A stretch of 64,000 nt of DNA from Salpingoeca rosetta (Eukaryota; Protista; Choanoflagellata): positions 465,452 to 529,451 of the forward strand of contig JAWQFM010000021.1 of assembly GCA_033442325.1 (NCBI GenBank), read 5' to 3'. Shown here one piece after another: positions 17,773 through 30,282 of the stretch (positions within the stretch are counted from its first letter, which is position 1; each line of letters starts with the position of its first letter). The notes beneath the pieces were generated by a model that searched no databases, was not told the DNA's origin, and saw only the letters and a program-made list of their open reading frames with translations. The translations under genes were made by a program, and so were the position numbers.

Positions 17773-18280
17773 CTGTGTGATGAACGCGTGCATGATCTGC
17801 TGTCTTTCTCTTCTATTTACGTCTCTTCTTTCTCTCGCTGACTTGTTCTTGATTGTGATTCTTGTCGCATAGACTGATTCGGGATCGCCCTTGTCTTTAA
17901 TCATGAATAAAGGAACATTGTAGCACGCTGTACGCACGCAGATGGAGAGAAGACGGGGAGGGGGGAAGGCGCAGCCACTGAGATGATCGATATGCACACA
18001 ACAGGGTAAACAGGCATTGACAGTCCAAACAGACAAACGCAAATTGGCTCTTGCTCAAGGATCACTTCACCGGTAACGCTCTACACATCATTCCTGCCTT
18101 CTCCAAACACTTCATCCTGCTGTTAACTAACGCTCACTCACTCATTAACTCACTCACCCACGCACTCACGCACTCACGCACTCACGCACTCACGCACGCA
18201 CTCACTCACCCACTCACGCACCCACTCACCCACTCACGCACTCACTCACCCACTCACCCACTCACCCACTCACTACCATG

Positions 18281-21200
18281 TCATGAATTCGAGTTGAGCT
18301 GGAAACTCAGTGATGCGGTGCGCGTTCGCCTGCCATCGTCGCTGCCCAGGTCACTCAACAGGATGCACTGCGTTTCCGATGCGTTTCTAAACCACACAAA
18401 GAAGCCCAGACACGCGCCCGGCCTGTCGAGGCAGGCTTGTGCGCAGTCCTCCACGTTAGAGTCCTGCGGCTCCAACATGATGCGGTCGAGCATTGCATCG
18501 AAATCAAACGCCGTCGTGAAACACGTGGGCCTGGTCGTCGCGTCCTGTGTTCCCGTGTGCACGAGCGTGAATTCGTCACGCGCGGTGGTGCGCCGCCTGT
18601 AACTCAGCGAGAATGTCCCTGTCGGAACCCCGCCCGCGGTACCTGCGTCCGGTAGAAGGTGGCACCGCAATGTTCCTGCAGGGTCTGTTGGTCGCACCCA
18701 CATGAAGACAGCGTCACAGCCTGCGCGCTCCACACACGCAACTGCACACTCCTCCAGCGTCGACACGGGGAAGCGTGCAAGCACGACGCTTGTGTCAAAC
18801 GCATTTGAAAACCGAAACGGGTTTGGATTGTCTGCGGACAGCCCAGGAACGTCACCCACATACTCCAGAATGAACTCTGCATCCAATGTCGGCGAGTCCA
18901 TCGTCATATCAAAGCTGTTGGTGGTTGTTGTGGTGGTTGTTGTTGTCGTTGTAGTTGTTGTAGTTCTTGTCGTTGTCGTTCTTGTCGTTGTAGTTCTTGT
19001 CGTTGTCGTTCTTGTCGTTGTCGTTCTTGTCGTTGTCCTTGTCGTTGTTGTGGGTCTCCTTGTCGGTGTGGTTGTAGTCGGTGGTCTTGTCTTCGTTGTT
19101 GTTCTGGTGGTGCTCGTTGTCGGTGGCCTGGTAACCCTCGTCGTTGTAGTTGTTCTCCGTGTTGTTGTTGTCGGGCGCCTCGTTGTGGTTCGCGTGGTTG
19201 TGGCGGGCGCGGTTGTGGTGATGCCTGTGGGGCAGCAGAAATCTTCCGCACCGCAGTACGACAGCGACGGGCACACGTGCCCAGGTCGGTTACAGAAGAT
19301 GGGGTTACCTGCGTTGTCGCGGGTAAGCTCATCGCCGTTGCATGCGTGCGGAGAAGGTGTTGGCGTACTCATGCCAGATGGGCAGCAATATTGCTTTGGG
19401 CCACAGACAGAGTAGAAGGGACACGCGTGACCGCCAAGGCCGCAGTAGATGATGGCGCCGGTGTGGTCAAGCGTTGGCGTGTCTCCGTCGCACACATTCA
19501 CGGGACGGGTCGTTGTTGTGGTGGTTCTGGGGCGCGTCGTTCGCCTTGTCGTCGTGCGTGTGCGGGTTCGCGTTGTGGAAGTGTGTGGCCGCGTTGATGA
19601 CGACGACGACGACGACGACGATGAAGATGATGATGAAGAAGAAGAGGAGGAGGTTGACGTGCTCGTGGAGGTTGATGTACTCGTAGATGTCGATGTCGAT
19701 GTGGAGGTGGACGTTGATGTGCTGGTGCTGGTGCTCGTACTTGTTGATAAAGATGTCGATGTAGAGGTAGAGGTGGACGTTGAGGTGGACGTAGACGTAC
19801 TTGTGCTTGTCGACGTCGATGTGGACGTTGAGGTGGAGGTAGAGGTAGAGGTCGAGGTGGAGGTAGAGGTGGAGGTCGAGGTGGAGGTAGAGGTGCTTGT
19901 TGAAGTCGATGTAGAGGTAGAGGTGGACGTTGAGGTGGACGTAGACGTACTTGTGCTTGTCGACGTGGAGGTAGATGTTGAGGTGGACGTTGACGTGGAC
20001 GTGCTTGTGCTCGTGGACGTGCTCGTGGATGTTGAGGTGGACGTGGAAGTGGAGGTAGAGGTAGAGGTGGATGTGGATGTGGACGTGGACGTGCTTGTCG
20101 ATGTCGATGTCGATGTCGATGTCGATGTCGATGTCGATGTCGATGTGGAGGTGGAGGTGGACGTGGACGTGGACGTGGACGTGGACGTGCTTGTGCTCGT
20201 GGACGTGGAAGTGGATGTCGACGTAGATGTCGATGTCGATGTCGATGTCGATGTCGATGTTGAGGTAGAGGTGGAGGTGGAGGTGGAGGTGGACGTACTT
20301 GTGCTTGTCGATGTCGATGTGCTCGTCGATGTGCTTGTTGATGTGCTCGTGCTTGTGGATGTTGAAGTGGAGGTCGAGGTGGACGTGGACGTAGACGTGC
20401 TTGTGCTTGTTGATGTGGAGGTTGAGGTGGAGGTGGAAGTTGATGTGCTGGTACTCGTTGAGGTCGACGTAGACGTGCTCGTGCTTGTTGTGGTGGATGT
20501 ACTTGTGCTTGTGCTTGTGGATGTTGAGGTGGACGTGGAAGTGGAGGTAGAGGTAGAGGTGGATGTGGATGTGGACGTGGACGTGCTTGTCGATGTCGAT
20601 GTCGATGTCGATGTCGATGTCGATGTAGAGGTGGAGGTGGACGTGGACGTGCTTGTGCTCGTGGACGTGGAAGTGGATGTCGACGTAGATGTCGATGTCG
20701 ATGTCGATGTCGATGTCGATGTTGAGGTAGAGGTGGAGGTCGATGTGCTTGTGCTTGTGCTTGTGCTTGTGGAGGTAGAGGTGGAAGTGGAGGTCGACGT
20801 GGAGGTCGACGTAGACGTGCTCGCGGACGTTGATGTGCTCGTGCTCGTGCTCGTGCTCGTGCTGGTGCTTGTACTGGATGAGGTTGATATGCTTGTGCTT
20901 GTTGAAGTTGATGTGGAGGTTGAGGTGCTTGTTGATGTGGATGTGCTGCTGGTTGGAGTCAGGGTGGTTGTGCTCGTTGACAAACAGTCTTGTCGGATGG
21001 CGGCTGTGACGTTCGCCACGAGGTCATCCTCTGTTGCTGGGCGAAACACGGTGTCGGGTTCGTCCTGCGTGACGTTGTTGATGACCGCGAAGCGCAGGTG
21101 CTCGCCCGCCGCAAGGACGTGGACGCTGCTGGCCACGCTGATGATGCGTGCGATTGCTGTTCGCAGCGGCCCGCTGTCCTCGAAGGTGAGCCCGTCCGTA

Positions 21201-21613
21201 AAGAGCACGACGCGGCCAGGCCGAATGCTGGTGTTCCGCGCAATCAGCGCGTCACTTGCTGCGTCAAAGGCGGCAGCAAACACGGTGGTGCGCTCGCGCG
21301 GGTCGATGGCCAGGAGGCGCTGGAAGAAGTTGGTGTCATTATTGAACCCTATCTGGGTGATGGCGTCGTTATCAAACGTGATGACCGCAAACCGGGCCTC
21401 TGTGTCTTGCAGCTGCTGGTAAATGCTCCAGATGGACGCCTTTGCTTCGAAGAAAGGCACAGAGCTCTGTGAGGCGGACTCGTCCACGAGGAACACGACA
21501 TCGCCGCACGCGCCTGCCGCATCCACGCTCGTCGGCAGCCAGGCCAGCTGCAGCGCAAGCACAAGAGCAAGAACAGAGGGAGCAGCCAGCGACAGCAGGC
21601 CAGCTCGCCTCAT
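18281..21613 (-). CDS. Secreted VWA / (Ser-Thr)n mucin-like / 2x Cys-rich module / 2x PAN-apple-like protein, 1110 aa, single ORF
   Basis: Signal peptide. VWA with MIDAS (DVVFLVDESAS, T, LFTDG). About 460 aa (ST)n. Two C..G...C......CP....C.....CCP modules. T/R-rich stalk. Two C-terminal repeats with EECAVAC...C..F...C.LL. Confidence 0.9.
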   Translation of the reverse strand: MRRAGLLSLAAPSVLALVLALQLAWLPTSVDAAGACGDVVFLVDESASQSSVPFFEAKASIWSIYQQLQDTEARFAVITFDNDAITQIGFNNDTNFFQRLLAIDPRERTTVFAAAFDAASDALIARNTSIRPGRVVLFTDGLTFEDSGPLRTAIARIISVASSVHVLAAGEHLRFAVINNVTQDEPDTVFRPATEDDLVANVTAAIRQDCLSTSTTTLTPTSSTSTSTSTSTSTSTSTSTSISTSSSTSTSTSTSTSTSTSTSASTSTSTSTSTSTSTSTSTSTSTSTSTSTSTSTSTSTSTSTSTSTSTSTSTSTSTSTSTSTSTSTSTSTSTSTSTSTSTSTSTSTSTSTSTSTSTSTSTSTSTSTSTSTSTTTSTSTSTSTSTSTSTSTSTSTSTSTSTSTSTSTSTSTSTSTSTSTSTSTSTSTSTSTSTSTSTSTSTSTSTSTSTSTSTSTSTSTSTSTSTSTSTSTSTSTSTSTSTSTSTSTSTSTSTSTSTSTSTSTSTSTSTSTSTSTSTSTSTSTSTSTSTSTSTSTSTSTSTSTSTSTSTSTSTSTSTSTSTSTSTSTSTSTSTSTSTSTSTSTSTSTSTSTSTSTSTSTSTSTSTSTSTSTSTSTSTSTSLSTSTSTSTSTSTSTSTSTSTSTSTSTSTSTSTSSSSSSSSSSSSSSSSSSSTRPHTSTTRTRTRTTTRRTTRPRTTTTTTRPVNVCDGDTPTLDHTGAIIYCGLGGHACPFYSVCGPKQYCCPSGMSTPTPSPHACNGDELTRDNAGNPIFCNRPGHVCPSLSYCGAEDFCCPTGITTTAPATTTRTTTRRPTTTTRRTTTTTRVTRPPTTSTTRTTTKTRPPTTTTPTRRPTTTTRTTTRTTTTRTTTTRTTTTRTTTTRTTTTTTTTTTTTTTTNSFDMTMDSPTLDAEFILEYVGDVPGLSADNPNPFRFSNAFDTSVVLARFPVSTLEECAVACVERAGCDAVFMWVRPTDPAGTLRCHLLPDAGTAGGVPTGTFSLSYRRRTTARDEFTLVHTGTQDATTRPTCFTTAFDFDAMLDRIMLEPQDSNVEDCAQACLDRPGACLGFFVWFRNASETQCILLSDLGSDDGRRTRTASLSFQLNSNS
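19595..20985 (-). repeat. Coding (Thr-Ser)n repeat tract with internal block duplications
   Basis: Hexamer variants (gatgtc, gaggtg, gacgtg, cttgtg on +). Blocks near 20025-20260 recur near 20515-20735. Confidence 0.9.
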
Positions 21614-22622
21614 ATCGCAGCTGTGTCTGTCTGTGTGTGTGCTTGTCTGTGTGTATTTGTCTGTGTGTATCTGTCTGTGTGTGCTTGTCTGTTCGAAGAT
21701 GGGAGCAATAATGCTTAAGTGTTGAGAGCGAGGATAGTCGCCTTGGTGTCACGTCAGTCGGTGATGATAGATGAAGCTGCTGTTGGCTGCTGTTGGCTGC
21801 TGTTGGCTGCCGTTGGCTGCTGTTGGCTGCGGTGCCGAACAAGAACTCAAGCAGGAAGCTGGCAGCGGGTTGCAACGTCTATGATGTGAAAGCAAGACAC
21901 GGCTCTCTTGGGCATGTGTCAGCCATACGCTGCCTTGCTTGCTCTTTTACAGGTGCTGCCTTGTTTGTTGGCGTTTGGTGCGATTGCCGATGATGTTGTG
22001 TTACTCTTTGGCTGTTGATGGAAGGCAGTTGGCAGTTGACAAAGCAAGCAGTGCTGCATGGAGCAGATGCCGCCGACTTCCAAGTTCTGGCTGGCTGGTC
22101 TTGCTGTGCTGTTGTGCCGCTTGCTCGTGGAACAGCAATCAATATCAGCGCAGCAACTCGGGTTGCTTCTTTACGACATCAACACAACTGGCCAGCCAGC
22201 ACGCCATCACGGCAACAACCGGTCCTTGCTGCAGGGCCGCTGCCGCGCGATTTCGCTCGTTGCCGGGCACTGTGCATGCAAGCACCATGAAAGAAAATTG
22301 TGAACGTCTGCTGTCGTGTCCATCCTCCAGTCGCGCGAAGGTTTCAAAAAGAAAAAAACGACGAATCCCAAACAAATTTAGCTACATTTCATGGTGTTGT
22401 CGACAGCTGTTGCAAACCCAAACAAAAAACAAAGGAGCAGACCACGAACACAAGCACCAATTCATCCACCCGACGTGGCTGTTGTCGATGAAAGGGCTTC
22501 TCATTCAGCATTCCAGCACTCCCTTATTGATCATCAACGTATAAAGAGGCTGCTGTTGCTTTGAACACCGCACAGTCAAAGAAGACAGCCTCACAGCAAA
22601 CCAACCAACCAACCAACCAACC

Positions 22623-23958
22623 ATGTCGTCCAAGAAGCACGAAGTTGTCTTCACCATCAAATGCGTACGTGAAATCCGGCTTGTCGTCGTCGTTGTTGAT
22701 GATCGTGATGATGAGGCGGACGAGGCGTTTGGTATTGCGTGAATGACGTTTGATTCCTTTTGGCTGGCATATCACCCTTGACTTTCTGCCTGTATCTACA
22801 GGAACTCTTGCGAGACTCGTACGCCTACGAGATTATCGAAGGTATGCTGTGTGCATGTGTCTGTCTGTGTGAGTTGTTTGTGTGTGTGACTGTATGTGTG
22901 TCTGTGTGTGTTGTTTGTGTGACTGTATGTGTGACTGTATGTGTGTCTGTGTGTCTGTGTCTGTGTGTCTGTGTGTGTCTGTGGCTGTATGTGTGTGTGT
23001 CTGTGACTGTACGTGTGTGCGCGTGCTTCTGTCTGTGTGTGTCTGTGTCTGTGCTGTCCGCGCATACCCAAATCGGTGATTTCGCGCACGCGTCCTGGCC
23101 TTCCCGCTCATCGCTTGCGTGCAACCACTTGCTGTGCTGCGTTCGCCTTTGCACGCACTCCCGCTCATTCCTGTGCCTGTCTGGTTCCCTTTGCATGCGC
23201 AGCGTTTCTGCACACAATCTTCTTCTTCCGAACGTTGGAAGGCACTTTTAAACCGCAAGATGCTTCTTGCCCTAGCCTTGCCGTTACCTACGTAAGTGAC
23301 GTTGTTGCTGCATCTGTGTCTGTCTGCGTTCGTGCCCGTGTGCCTGTGCGATTGTGTACCTGTGGTTGTGTGTGAATATGCAGGTTTTTACTCGTTTCTA
23401 TCCACCTCTGTGTCTGTCCCTATCTGCCTGTTCGAAATGCCTTTTGCTTGCCTATGCAGTACCACGCTGAACGTGCTGCTCCATTGACACGTCGCCTTGC
23501 GTGTGCACTTCACTTGCATGTTTATCTTCCCGCAGGCACAAGTCCCGTCAGCGAAGCTTCGCTCAAGCATTGATGCCATTGCCACACAGTTTCACGAAAA
23601 GCTCCAGCGAAGAAAGCCAAACACCACATCCTCAGTCACTGTACGTGTGTGTGTGTGTGCCTGTGATTGTGTGTATTTGTGTGTGTGTGTGTGTTTGTGC
23701 CTGTGTGTGTGTGTGTGTGTGTTTGTGCCTGTGTTGTGTGTGTGTTTGTGTCTGTATTCTTTTGTGACTGGTCAGCTCACTTTCCCCCTCGTATGCTGTA
23801 TGTCTCCCGTGTCCCTTGCAGATGAATCTTTGTTTCATGACGAAATCGAAGGGTATCATGCAGTGGAAGGTGGAGGTTTGGGAGAAGTGGGAAATCGTCA
23901 TCACAGTTCCAGACACCAAGAGTAAGCGCCACCTTGTTTTGTTTGTTTGTTTGTTTGG

Positions 23959-24024
<66 letters not shown>

Positions 24025-24841
24025 TGGTGGTGGGTGGGGTGGTGGTGGTGGTCGTCGTGGTGGTCGTCGTGTGAAGCCTTAAATAACGGCATTGCTTTTT
24101 TCGCGGTTTGGAGGTGTAACCAACTGAGCACACACTGAGGGCGCTCTGGAATAAATGCGTCTTGTAGGAAATCGACTTTCTTCAACTGGCGTCCGAGAGG
24201 AGCGACTACGCAGGAGAAAGCGGGAATGACAAAGGATCAAAGCGACAACATTTCCTCACCGCCGTAGTCTTCCATCGTGTACGTGAGTATAGACAACTTT
24301 GGATTAACTGATTTGCTAATTAGAGGATCTGTCTGATTCGCGGCCAGACTTATCACAACCTTCCGTCCGTAACGCGGTGTGCAGTATTCAAAACCGCTAT
24401 GATTGACAATAGAAATAAGCATGAATTCGTCATATCCACCTCTACATGAGTACCCCCATTTAAGATTCAAGTGGTTGTCGCCGGGTTTTGTGGTGTGTGT
24501 GTGTGTGGTGGTGTGGTGTGGTGTGGTGTGGTGTGTGTGTGTGTGGTGGTGTGTGTGTGGTGGGTGTGTGTGTGGGTGTGCCCGTGCGCGTGTTAACAAT
24601 GAGCGTGCTGACACCGTGTGCAGCTGCTGAAAGCGTCAGCGAGGCCGAAGCCAAGGAGTTTGCGGCAAACGCTGTGATTGAGCAGCTCAACGAGATTATC
24701 TACAACGTGACAACGTGAGAATGATGTGCCTGCACGGTGGTGCGGCAATTGTCAGTGTTGATGCAGCACGTTGGTGCAAAGTTTGTCGAGTCGAGGTCAT
24801 CATACGTACACACACCACTTGACGCTTGGTGTGCTTTGATT

Positions 24842-24899
<58 letters not shown>

Positions 24900-25065
24900 T
24901 GTGCAGGTGGACACGCCACTTGCCTCACGTGAGCAAGAAAGCTGAGATGCCAAGCGCTGTTGACATTAGCATTGATCAGCTGCCATATCACTACGACGTG
25001 AGTGTTCGCCTGTCACCCCTCGTGTGTACATCTGCTGAATTCTGCGTCATGCTTGTCAAGAGAGA

Positions 25066-25122
<57 letters not shown>

Positions 25123-25307
25123 CGCGCGCGTGCGCGCGGATGCCTGGAGACGTTGGCAGTGCACAACACTCCTGACCGTTGGTTCTCACGCATGTGTATG
25201 TGTGTGTGTTTCTTCCGACCCGTGTTTATTGACAGATGAAGATTGAAGACGATGGGAAGAGCAGCGCCCTGCAGGTTGGCCTCAACTTTGTACAGCGCAT
25301 GCTGTGA
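22623..25307 (+). CDS. ATG101: Autophagy-related protein 101 (HORMA domain)
   Basis: Spliced product reads AFLHTIFFFRTLEGTFKPQDASCPSLAVTYAQVPSAKLRSSID...MNLCFMTKSKGIMQWKVEVWEKWEIVI...EQLNEII..RHLPHV..QLPYHYD.MKI. This parallels ATG101 (LHT+++HR, DVDC..FTY, LEFY, WEVW, YLP, PYLYK). Confidence 0.85.
24069..24489. other. Compositionally foreign ~420-bp island within an ATG101 intron
   Basis: Non-repetitive and TA-dinucleotide-rich, unlike surrounding introns. Flanked by degenerate (GT/GGT)n tracts. One minus-strand frame has a single TGA in about 140 codons. Confidence 0.7.
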
Positions 25308-25521
25308 TGACGCAGCCCTGGGCGTGCGTCAGTGCGGATGCACGTGCATTTCTAACAAGACTCCACTGTTCATTCACTTGGGTAATGAAAGCAAGCACAA
25401 GCAAGCACAAGCAAGCGCGCAAGCCAGCAACAAGATGTACATCGCCACGCCATTAAATGAATTCATGCACAACTGACACCCAAGATCAGAAGAGACAGCA
25501 ACACCCGCAGTCCATTGCAAT

Positions 25522-27230
<1,709 letters not shown>

Positions 27231-27400
27231 GGCTGTGGTTGTGCTACTTCTTGTCGTTGTTGTCTTTGCTGCGATGGCTTGTACTGCTTTACTTGGCGTG
27301 TGGATCGTGGTTGGAAATGATGAGGCGTGTGCCCGACTCACACACACAAACTCAGCACACCGTCCCAAGTTACGCGCACACATGTCAGTCACACTAGCAG

Positions 27401-27857
27401 TTACAGGAGAAAATCGGACAGGAAGGACTTTGGGGATTGCCACATCATGTCAGCATCGCGTGGCTGTCGTTGTGCTGCGTGTGGGTGAGAGGCAGGCATC
27501 TGGTGAGAAGAAGACGAGGACAGGCCAAGCCAAGCAGCAACGCTGTGCTGCCGCTGGTGTTGCCGTTGGTGCTGCCGTTGGTGCCGCTGGGGATTGTCGT
27601 GCGAGTGCTGCCCCACAAAACAGGGCACGCTGTCAAACACGGAAGAGGAGAAGGAGCCAAACGAAGGTGTGCCCTGAGGTGGCTGCATCATCGGCACAGG
27701 CCCCTCAACGCCTGGACCAAGGGGGGGTTGATGCTGCTGGCGCACGTGGCTATGTTGTGGCGGCTGTGGTGGGTGATGATGGGGTGGTGGTGGTGGTGAT
27801 CGCATCCGGGGCTGCGAAGCTTGTCGTGCTCCTCTTCCATAAGGCACACTGTGCATA

Positions 27858-27903
<46 letters not shown>

Positions 27904-28014
27904 TGTGCATGTGTGTGTGCATGTGTGTGTGTGTGCGTACATGTCGGGTTTAAGGTAAACGCAACCAACACAAAAAGCAACCGTTTCAAACATGCACAAC
28001 GAAAGGCTCCCTTG

Positions 28015-28104
<90 letters not shown>

Positions 28105-28204
28105 NNNNNNNNNNNNNNNNNNNNNNNNNNNNNNNNNNNNNNNNNNNNNNNNNNNNNNNNNNNNNNNNNNNNNNNNNNNNNNNNNNNNNNNNNNNNNNNN
28201 NNNN

Positions 28205-28256
<52 letters not shown>

Positions 28257-28552
28257 CGCACGCACGATTCGTTCCTCTGTCGGTACCTGAGCGAAGACAG
28301 AGGGTTGACCGATGATGACGAAGCACCACCGCGGTGAAGTTGCTGTTGTGATGCCGTCGGGTGTTGATATGACGTCAGCAATCGTCCCGCAATGGCTGTT
28401 CCACCAACACCAGCGCGCCGAGCACGCCTCACCTTCATCACGGGCTGTTGTTGCTTCGGGTTTGGCGCAGATGTGGCCCGAGCTTTGCTCATTGGGTGCA
28501 GATTTTCCTTGCCGTGAGAAACAAAGGTGTGGGGTCGCCCTTGCTGCGCGGT

Positions 28553-28646
<94 letters not shown>

Positions 28647-28647
28647 A

Positions 28648-28695
<48 letters not shown>

Positions 28696-29278
28696 CCGCT
28701 TGCCGCTGCCGCCGGAGCGTGACTGCTTTGTCACTGCCAGATGTGACCCTCCCCACCACCCGGTGTGTGGCGCTCATCGTGGACGTGTGCGATGCAGACG
28801 AGGAAGAAGGACGAGAGCCAGCCTTGACGGAGGTCGTGCTGCTGCTGGTCGTCATCGCCGTTGTCATTGTCGTGGCCGTGGCGATGGCGGTGGCGGTGGG
28901 TTGAGTTGTTACAACACCGGTGCGACTGCTGTCGCTGCCTTTGCGCAAAGCTGCTGTGGCATTTGGTCCCCGGCCACCACCGCCTCCCGCCTTACGCTGC
29001 ACCTTGTGCTGCTGTAGTGTCTGCCGTTGAGAGGACGCCTGCGAACCCACCTTGGCCCTCTTGGCGGAGTTTGCAGTGCACCGCTGCTGCTGCTGCTGCT
29101 GTTGCCGTTGCTGTTGCTGCAGTGTTGAAGAGCGACTGGCCGTGTTCCCACTGCCACCGCCATTGCTACAGCCATCGTCATCGTCATCGTCGCTGTCAAG
29201 CAGCGCGTCTGAAAATAGAGGCAAGAAGCACCGAGCACGAACAGCTGGGTGAGAAGCAAACCAAGGAGAAGTGCTAAG

Positions 29279-29322
<44 letters not shown>

Positions 29323-29770
29323 GCACGCACACACACACGCACACACACGCACACACACGCACACACACACACACACACACACGCACACACACACACACAC
29401 ACGCACTGAGGCCTGGGCGCTTGCGCTATGTGACCGAAGGTTGCAGCCTCACCGAGATGCATGGAAATCAGATCATCGCTTGTGTTGGCTTTTGTCTCCG
29501 TTCGTGATGGTGCACTGGTAGTGGTGGTGGACTTTGTGCCCTTGGTCCCACGTCGCTTTGGTGCAGCTGCCTTGGTTGCGGAAGCGGGTAAGGGCGCAAA
29601 CTTTGGCTCGAAGCGCTTGTGGACGTCGATACCCACCAGTCTCGAGTGAATGAGGTGCACGCAGCACGTGTTTCCCCGATCGGATCGCGGTATCGTCACC
29701 ACACGCATCGTCTCAGCGCCGCTTAGCAGCGACTTGGACAGCCTGCACGGCAGGTGTACAATCGTGTACA

Positions 29771-29804
<34 letters not shown>

Positions 29805-30234
29805 CATGAGTGTGTGTGAGTGTGTGTGTGAGTGTGTGTGAGTGTGAGTGAGTGAGTGTGTGTGTGAGTGAGTGAGTGTGTGTGTGTGTGTGTGAGTGTG
29901 TGTGTGTGTGTGTGTGCGTTCATGTTTGCGACAGCCCTTTCATTTGCCTCCGCTCGTCCCTCCAAAACAAAGCACCAACGCATGAATGCATGCATGCCGT
30001 ACGTGAGTTTGGTCCAGTAGGCAATGGTGTCGTCTGGGGTGGCGACGATCATGTGCACGTGGTCCCCGGGCTTTGCGCGCGCTGTGGACGTGTTGTGCAC
30101 TCGCACGCGCACCTCCACCCGCGACCGCTTGGCACTGAAATCGTCCGTCTGCTCCACGTCCACCACAACCTCCGGGAACTCGTGCAGCGACGCTTGCAAC
30201 TGTAGACAGCGTGCGTTGAGTGTTGTTGTTGTTG

Positions 30235-30282
<48 letters not shown>

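Noticed and set aside
19449-21422. 657-aa (VD/VE)n ORF on the + strand
   Set aside because: Antisense shadow of the (TS)n coding tract. The minus frame carries the signal peptide and domains.
28312-28904. Poly-Met, poly-His and poly-Asp ORFs
   Set aside because: Alternative frames of one (GAT)n tract. Only the poly-Ser frame fits the splice phases of the surrounding gene.
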